A DNA stretch of 32,000 bases, from contig NZ_NVQC01000024.1 in NCBI RefSeq assembly GCF_003044035.1, positions 30,001-62,000 on the forward strand, read 5' to 3'. Below, piece after piece: positions 26,921 to 32,000 of the stretch. Origin of the DNA: Candidatus Methylomirabilis limnetica (GTDB lineage Bacteria; Methylomirabilota; Methylomirabilia; Methylomirabilales; Methylomirabilaceae). Position numbers and translations under genes: made by a program. The notes under the pieces are model-generated. The model saw only the letters and a program-made list of their open reading frames with translations, did not search any database and was not told the origin of the DNA. Positions within the stretch are counted from its first letter, which is position 1, and each line of letters begins with the position of its first letter.

Positions 26921-27158
26921 AAATGCCTCATTTGAGCCCGTATAAGTGATCAGTCAGGCCGCCGTTTGGGAAGGCGGCACACAGGCCTACTCGCCAATTC
27001 TTCTACCATAGTCTTGACCCGATTGTCAACCTGAGAAGGACGCAGTTCACCTGATCTGGACGATCACCCGCCGCTCACGTGGACCGTCAAACTCCACGAG
27101 CATCAGGCTCTGTCAGGTTCCCAGCACCAGTCTCCTGCCGTCTTGACGAAGAACTCTT

Positions 27159-28058
27159 TCATCTGTTGACCTGTCCCGCCTGGTCGCGAGGAATACGACT
27201 ACCCTCTTCACCCTTACAGCCGGACGCGGTAGTGCGGGAGGCAGATACGGCGGCGAGCAACTGTTCGAACTTTGCCTCTGGCACTGCTGACCTGCCAAGC
27301 CCGTCTGATCGGAGCCCAGGAGTGCCATGGTAGTCAGATCCGCCGACTGCCAATAGACCGTATCTCAGGCACGCTCGCTCGTAACGGAATAGCGATTCGG
27401 TATCGTGTTCCAGGTGATACACCTCCAGTCCCATAAGCCCATGCTGCACGAGAGATGGAATAATCTCGTCGTGACCGTACTGCCCAGGATGCGCAAGGGA
27501 TGGCACGCCTCCAGCTTCCTTGATGGTACGGATCACTCCGGTCGCAGGAATTCTGGAGCGTTCCACGTAGCCTGGCTTGCCCGTAGTCAGGTATCGGTCA
27601 AACGCCTCCTTCATCGACGTCACATATCCGCGCCTGATCATCGCCTGTGCCACATGGGGACGCCCAACCGAGGAGCCTAGCGCCATACTCAAGACCTCAT
27701 CAGCGTCCAGCGGGAGACCAAGAGCCCAGAGCTTCGCGATCATCCGATGGGCCCTCTCGATTCGGTCGTTACGGGAGGAGGCAAGGAATGCGGCAAGTTG
27801 GTTATCGTCCGGATCGATGAAATGCCCCAGAATGTGAATCTCCAGGTCCCCCACGTGCGCGGTAATCTCGACGCCTGCCACGACCTGCAGGCCCACCTGC
27901 GAGGCCTCCGCCACCGCCGCTGGAAGACCCTCCAGGGTGTCATGATCGGTAACGGCCAGGACTGAGATATTGCAGTCCTTGGCGAAGCGAACCAATTGTT
28001 GCGGAGAGAGGACGCCGTCAGAAGCAGTCGTGTGGGTGTGCAGATCGATAAGGCGCAT
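27159..28058 (-). CDS. PHP-domain metal-dependent phosphoesterase (TrpH/YciV-like)
   Basis: N-terminal IDLHTHTTASDG, followed by VLAVTDHD, SLAHP and GGSDYHG motifs. Confidence 0.75.
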   Translation of the reverse strand: MRLIDLHTHTTASDGVLSPQQLVRFAKDCNISVLAVTDHDTLEGLPAAVAEASQVGLQVVAGVEITAHVGDLEIHILGHFIDPDDNQLAAFLASSRNDRIERAHRMIAKLWALGLPLDADEVLSMALGSSVGRPHVAQAMIRRGYVTSMKEAFDRYLTTGKPGYVERSRIPATGVIRTIKEAGGVPSLAHPGQYGHDEIIPSLVQHGLMGLEVYHLEHDTESLFRYERACLRYGLLAVGGSDYHGTPGLRSDGLGRSAVPEAKFEQLLAAVSASRTTASGCKGEEGSRIPRDQAGQVNR

Positions 28059-28064
28059 CGCGTG

Positions 28065-28092
28065 AGCTATTAGCTATTAGCTATTAGCTGCT
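28065..28092. repeat. Family E heptamer array AGCTATT x3 plus AGCTGCT, overlapping the fdhD stop codon
   Basis: Read directly. The array encodes the last residues (QQLIANS) and the stop of fdhD, and ends 7 nt from the PHP start codon. Confidence 0.6.
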
Positions 28093-28897
28093 GGATATGG
28101 GACAGGCGGCTGGTCGCCACCCGCTGTGGAAGCAGACGCTCGGGGTGGCTATAGACATTAAATCCTTCGCCCCGGCAGTAGCCGATCACGGTGATGCCGA
28201 AGCGCTTGGCCGCGGCAATGGCGAGGCTGGTGGGTGAGGTTCGAGAGATGACAATTGGGGTCCGCATGTGGGCCCCCTTACGAAGCATCTCAGACGAGAT
28301 GCGACCGGTGGAGAGGAGGATATTGCCGGCAGTCGTAATCCCCTGCTGAAGTGCTTCGCCGTGGATCTTATCCAGAGCGTTATGTCGGCCGACGTCCTCG
28401 GCGACAAGCAGCAGGCTCTTGCCGTCGCTCAGGGCGGCGGCGTGAATGCCACGCGACTCCCGATAGAGATGCGCCGCGGCATACAACTGTTTCATGAGAT
28501 CGAACGGTTGCTCCGGGCGCAGGATCGCCTCCTCTGGGAATGCTTTAAACCCCTCCATCGGCATGCCGAATGTGATACCTCCGGTGCACCCGGATGTCAG
28601 GATTCGGTGACTCGGGGGGGTGAATGCCTTGGTCAGTCTGACGTCTGCCACCGCCTCCTCTGTGAAGACCTCCAGCGAGTTAACCTCATCGAGCTCCTGG
28701 ATGATCCCCTCAAAACTCAAAAAACCCAGGACCAGGCAATCGAGCTTCACCGGCGTACACATCAACGTCGCCAGCTCACGACCGTTGACAAAGATCGTGA
28801 GGGGATGCTCCCCCACCACTGGAATCTCTACCGTCTCGTACGATCCACCGCGGTACCGAACGATTCGATGTATGGACATACTAGTCCCAGAGGGCAC
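28070..28897 (-). CDS. fdhD: FdhD-family sulfurtransferase (formate dehydrogenase accessory protein)
   Basis: Contains EDVGRHNALDK and a C-terminal SGRISSEMLRKGA...ISRTSPTSLAI pattern. The start is either the GTG at 28897 or the ATG at 28879. Confidence 0.75.
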   Translation of the reverse strand: MPSGTSMSIHRIVRYRGGSYETVEIPVVGEHPLTIFVNGRELATLMCTPVKLDCLVLGFLSFEGIIQELDEVNSLEVFTEEAVADVRLTKAFTPPSHRILTSGCTGGITFGMPMEGFKAFPEEAILRPEQPFDLMKQLYAAAHLYRESRGIHAAALSDGKSLLLVAEDVGRHNALDKIHGEALQQGITTAGNILLSTGRISSEMLRKGAHMRTPIVISRTSPTSLAIAAAKRFGITVIGYCRGEGFNVYSHPERLLPQRVATSRLSHIQQLIANS

Positions 28898-28955
28898 TGA
28901 TGAAGTGCCCTACGCCATACCATGCAACCGTGACCAATAGCCCGATCGCCATCAT
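28881..28955 (-). CDS. Candidate 24-aa hydrophobic micro-protein (MMAIGLLVTVAWYGVGHFISALWD)
   Basis: My own translation. GAGG lies 5 nt upstream of the ATG ATG at 28955/28952. There is a single predicted TM helix. The TAG stop lies 1 nt before the fdhD ATG at 28879. I recognise no homology. Confidence 0.2.
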   Translation of the reverse strand: MMAIGLLVTVAWYGVGHFISALWD

Positions 28956-29125
28956 CTCGACCTCATCTTCCGAAAAGCCCTTGCTCCGGTAGATCTAGCG
29001 CATAAAGACGACCTCGCGAACGGCTCGTCCCTTCGGAGAATGCCAACTCTCCTCGATTGCAGCACTCCCGGCGCTAGCCTCGTTCATTGCCGCGCCACTC
29101 GGGAGGGGTCCGCACGCCAAACCTC

Positions 29126-29554
29126 TTATTCGCCCATTACCTGGAGTTGGATCTGCCGGTCTCTTGGCCCGTCCAGCTCGGCGAAGATAATCGACTCAAA
29201 GGTGCCGAGACTCATCTCCCCGTCCACCACAGGAATCGAAAGCTGTCGGCCAAGCAGGAGGGAGCGAAGGTGCGAGTCGGCGTTGCTTCGATCACAATCA
29301 GAGTAATTTGGATCGTTGTGGCGATAGCCGTCATGCTCATTGATCAGGCGGTCCAGCAGGAGCTGGATGTCATGAAGTAGAGCCTCCTGCCACTCATTGA
29401 TGAACAATGCAGTCGTCGTGTGAAGGGAACTGAGGGTGAGCAACCCCTGTTTGATCTCATGCCGCTGAAGAAGATCTCGCACACGCTTTGTCAGATCCGT
29501 GAACTGGAGTCGCTCCTCCGTAGTCACCGTAAAGGTTTCGTGCCTGATCACCAT
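29126..29554 (-). CDS. yjbQ: YjbQ/UPF0047 family protein (annotated in databases as secondary thiamine-phosphate synthase enzyme)
   Basis: SSLHTTTALFINE and NADSHLRSLLLG motifs, 142 aa. The ATG at 29554 is preceded by GGAGGGAGG, and the track extension to 29629 is rejected. Confidence 0.75.
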   Translation of the reverse strand: MVIRHETFTVTTEERLQFTDLTKRVRDLLQRHEIKQGLLTLSSLHTTTALFINEWQEALLHDIQLLLDRLINEHDGYRHNDPNYSDCDRSNADSHLRSLLLGRQLSIPVVDGEMSLGTFESIIFAELDGPRDRQIQLQVMGE

Positions 29555-29704
29555 GCCTCCCTCCGTTGATTTGCCGAACTCTTCACAGAGATGCCTACCG
29601 CCAAAGACAGCAACATCCCCACCCCTCAAACCCAGACTTATACCACTCTCGGCTATAAACGCGATCCCTCCATACTGACTTCACGCCCGCTCGCCTTGAG
29701 TCAG

Positions 29705-30166
29705 CTACCAGTCAGCGTGGAGGTCAGGCCGCTGCTTCAGCGCCTCCGCTAGTGGCGTCATCAGGCGATCCTTTCCGTACACGAAGCCGCCCCTGTTGTA
29801 GGAGGCAAGCTCGTACTGTTTCCCCAGCACAATCGCCTCCTCCGGGCAGGCCTCCTCACAGTAGCCGCAAAAGATGCAGCGCAGCATATGGATCTTGTAC
29901 ACCTTCGCGTAGCGCTCACCCCTGGAGTGACGCTCTTGCTCGGTGTTCTCGGCTGCCTCAACATAGATCGCATCGGCAGGACAGGCGACGGCGCACAGTT
30001 CACAGCCCACACACCGCTCCATCCCGTCCTCTCCCACCACGAGCATGTGCAGACCACGGTAGCGAGGCGCAAGCGGTAGCCGCTCTTCCGGATAGGAGAC
30101 CGTCACCGGCTTCCGGAAGATATGCTTGAATGTCGTCGCCAGCCCCTTGAGAATCTCGCCAATCAT
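29705..30166 (-). CDS. nuoI: NADH-quinone oxidoreductase subunit I-like 2x[4Fe-4S] ferredoxin
   Basis: N-terminus MIGEILKGLATTFKHIFRKPVTVSYPEE, plus CVGCELCAVACP and CIFCGYCEEACP. I prefer the ATG at 30166, because the track extension runs into repeat element C1. Confidence 0.8.
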   Translation of the reverse strand: MIGEILKGLATTFKHIFRKPVTVSYPEERLPLAPRYRGLHMLVVGEDGMERCVGCELCAVACPADAIYVEAAENTEQERHSRGERYAKVYKIHMLRCIFCGYCEEACPEEAIVLGKQYELASYNRGGFVYGKDRLMTPLAEALKQRPDLHADW

Positions 30167-30184
30167 CGTCGCCACCCTTGACGC

Positions 30185-30347
30185 GTAACTACTCAGGTGT
30201 TTAGACTGAAGGCTGAAGACTGAAGGTTCTAAATTGCCTCGCAAGGCACGAGTCGAGCCATTCAAGACCTTTTCGGAGTTTTATATGATCACGCATGACT
30301 TACCCCTAAAAGCCTTCAGCCTTCAGCCTATCTACCTGAGTAGCTAC
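30185..30347. mobile_element. Family C MITE-like element C1: imperfect terminal inverted repeats of about 40 bp containing CTGAAGR heptamers, an 85-bp core, flanked by the 8-bp direct repeat CTTGACGC
   Basis: The left end is GTAACTACTCAGGTGTTTAGACTGAAGGCTGAAGACTGAAGG. The reverse complement of the right end is GTAGCTACTCAGGTAGATAGGCTGAAGGCTGAAGGC, matching about 31 of the first 37 positions. CTTGACGC occurs at 30177-30184 and again at 30348-30355, immediately outside both ends. Confidence 0.65.
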
Positions 30348-30371
30348 CTTGACGCAACACGCGCGACTTCC

Positions 30372-30917
30372 CTATGCCGTCCTTCGCCAAGGGAGGTGGA
30401 AGAGGCCCTGGCTGCTCGGCCGTTCCTTGGCGATCTTTTCCTGCAACAGCATGATCCCATGGATCAGCTGCTCCGGCCTGGGCGGGCAGCCGGGAACATA
30501 GACATCCACCGGAACAACCTGATCCACACCCTGAACGATGGTATAGGTGTTGAAGATTCCGCCGCAGGAGGCACACGCGCCCATGGCGATCACCCACTTT
30601 GGCTCAGGCATCTGATCGTAGATCCGTCTCAGGACTGGGGCCATCTTGCGGCTCACGCGGCCGGCCACAATCATCAGGTCGGACTGACGTGGCGACCCAC
30701 GAAAGACCTCCGCCCCGAATCTGGCAAGATCGAAACGCGACGCGCCCGTTGCCATCATCTCAATAGCACAGCAGGCAAGCCCGAAGCTCGCCGGCCAGAT
30801 CGACGACTTCCTCGCCCAATTGATCAGGCTATCCAGGGTTGTGAGGAGGAGGCCCCGCTCAAATTCCTCCGCTTCGGCCTTGGAGGGCAGGATGTCGTTC
30901 TCCGTCAACTGAAGCAT
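30372..30917 (-). CDS. nuoB: NADH-quinone oxidoreductase subunit B-like (N2 cluster subunit)
   Basis: [20 protein letters not shown] and VPGCPPRPE supply all four cluster cysteines. The protein is 181 aa. Confidence 0.85.
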   Translation of the reverse strand: MLQLTENDILPSKAEAEEFERGLLLTTLDSLINWARKSSIWPASFGLACCAIEMMATGASRFDLARFGAEVFRGSPRQSDLMIVAGRVSRKMAPVLRRIYDQMPEPKWVIAMGACASCGGIFNTYTIVQGVDQVVPVDVYVPGCPPRPEQLIHGIMLLQEKIAKERPSSQGLFHLPWRRTA

Positions 30918-30930
30918 ACGATGTATCCTC

Positions 30931-31078
30931 GTAACTACTTAGGTGTTCAGGCTGAAGGTTGAAGGTGATGCATTATCTCGCACAGCACAAATCAAATGCC
31001 AGAAGTTTTTTGCGATCACTGCTTTATACCTAACAGCCTTCAGTCTTCAGCCTTCAGTCTATCTACCTGAATTGTGAC
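30931..31078. repeat. Family C element C2 (more diverged copy, same orientation as C1, no flanking duplication seen)
   Basis: The left end is GTAACTACTTAGGTGTTCAGGCTGAAGGTTGAAGG. The reverse complement of the right end is GTCACAATTCAGGTAGATAGACTGAAGGCTGAAGACTGAAGG. The core is unrelated to the C1 core. Confidence 0.6.
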
Positions 31079-31080
31079 AA

Positions 31081-31383
31081 TCAGCAACCACAGTCCGCCT
31101 TCGGGTTGGGGTTCTTCAGGCTGAAGCCGGCCCCCTGTAAGCCGTCGATATAGTCGATCTCGGAGCCGGCCAGGTAGGTGTAGCTCTGCGGGTCCACCAG
31201 GACCTTGACACCGTTCGTCTCGAAGACTTGATCGGCCGCCTGGGGGTGGTCGAACTCCATCTCGTAGGAGAGGCCGGAGCAGCCACCGCCGATGACGCGG
31301 ACGCGCAAGCCTTCTTCAGAATTCTCCTGCGTCTTGAGCAAATCAGCCACTTTCGTTGCAGCCGACTCGGTAAGGGTAATCAT
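31081..31383 (-). CDS. erpA: Iron-sulfur cluster insertion protein of the A-type carrier family (IscA/ErpA/HesB)
   Basis: MITLTESAATKV..., GGGCSGLSY, and the C-terminal CGC motif. The ATG at 31383 is preceded by AAGGAGG. Confidence 0.8.
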   Translation of the reverse strand: MITLTESAATKVADLLKTQENSEEGLRVRVIGGGCSGLSYEMEFDHPQAADQVFETNGVKVLVDPQSYTYLAGSEIDYIDGLQGAGFSLKNPNPKADCGC

Positions 31384-31482
31384 TGGGACCTCCTTATTAT
31401 TGAGAGCTTTTGGTCGACGCCTCGGCTCCTCGCGAAGAGCTCGTGCCGTTAGCTCACACGAACTATGGCACACCTTCGACAC

Positions 31483-32000
31483 CTACATCGTGCTGATAAA
31501 CTGCCCGCTACTTAATCCCTGCACAAGCTTGTAATAATGGTAGTGAATGATACAGTTTACGATGTATCCGCTTACAAAACTTGGCAGGGTTTCTACCTTT
31601 AATGCCCGCCATAGTCGTTGGCAATACTCGCGTCGTAAATCCTTCTCCTTAACGCTCTTGATAAGCCGGTACATTAACACTACCGCAACAGCGGCATTCA
31701 TGACCTCATACTTCACTCGCAGCCATGGATGCCGTTTCAAGTACTTCACGCCGCCTAACTGTCCCTGTCCCAAATACCCCCTAAGATACAGTGCCTCTAA
31801 ACGGTAAAAGTACGCATTGACATCATACACCGATTGCATGGTACTGATATAGCCATCCAGCAGTTGCCGACGGCTTAGGTTCTGCGGAATGACATTTGTC
31901 CCAAATTCTGTGATATCAGACGGATCGAGACGACCTTCCTTGTTTAATCGGTCATACAAGGGTGTTTTAGGGGTGGCATAGAGTAACCCGATCATCGCGT
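31483..32000 (-). CDS. C-terminal part of a B12-binding/radical SAM protein with a DUF4070-type tail (5' end outside the window)
   Basis: The frame is open to the window edge. GLLYATPKTPLYDRLNKEGRL...NAYFYRLEALYL resembles the DUF4070 C-terminal domain. By hand count of two 60-nt blocks, GC is about 42-47% here, versus about 62% in a typical block elsewhere. Confidence 0.5.
   Translation of the reverse strand, partial: AMIGLLYATPKTPLYDRLNKEGRLDPSDITEFGTNVIPQNLSRRQLLDGYISTMQSVYDVNAYFYRLEALYLRGYLGQGQLGGVKYLKRHPWLRVKYEVMNAAVAVVLMYRLIKSVKEKDLRREYCQRLWRALKVETLPSFVSGYIVNCIIHYHYYKLVQGLSSGQFISTM

Noticed and set aside
26921-27158. The 238-nt PHP-lipA spacer and the 312-nt spacer upstream of ccmA (18857-19168) might hide a riboswitch or sRNA.
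   Set aside because: I could find no conserved riboswitch core, no convincing promoter-terminator pair, and only short stems (for example GCCGCC/GGCGGC at 26970-26990). There is not enough evidence to call anything.

Overview
A bacterial chromosomal segment of roughly 60% GC in which every credible gene (about 37) lies on the minus strand. The long plus-strand ORFs in the track look like antisense shadows.

In transcription order (high to low coordinates) the genes are:
- the 3' part of a markedly lower-GC B12/radical-SAM gene with a DUF4070-type tail;
- erpA/iscA, then an orphan nuoB and nuoI pair;
- yjbQ, fdhD and a PHP phosphoesterase;
- a lipoylation plus pyruvate dehydrogenase cluster (lipA-pdhA-pdhB-E2-lpd-lipB) ending in a translationally coupled receiver/HD-GYP regulator;
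- a complete System I cytochrome c maturation operon (ccmABCDEFGH plus a CcmI-like anchor) coupled to mqnE;
- a RelE/HigB-like toxin and HTH antitoxin pair sitting between mqnE and mqnC;
- rtcB and rmuC;
- a TPP riboswitch with thiC;
- an M24 peptidase, a small hypothetical and a PPP phosphatase;
- a NusG paralog heading a polysaccharide locus (Wzy/O-antigen-ligase-like gene running off the window start).

The protein content is mostly housekeeping. The unusual part is non-coding. About half of the intergenic spacers, including spacers inside operons, carry phased 7-nt or 9-nt tandem arrays. These are usually arranged as array, unique core, reverse-complement array, so they are hairpin-capable. 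Several sequence families share this architecture. One copy has terminal inverted repeats flanked by an 8-bp direct duplication, which is MITE-like. A second, G/C-rich hairpin family sits directly after stop codons.

Three features missing from the ORF track were found by reading the sequence: the edge-truncated Wzy-like gene, ccmD (48 aa), and a 24-codon hydrophobic micro-ORF.

All protein calls rest on motifs recognised by eye. No database search was possible.
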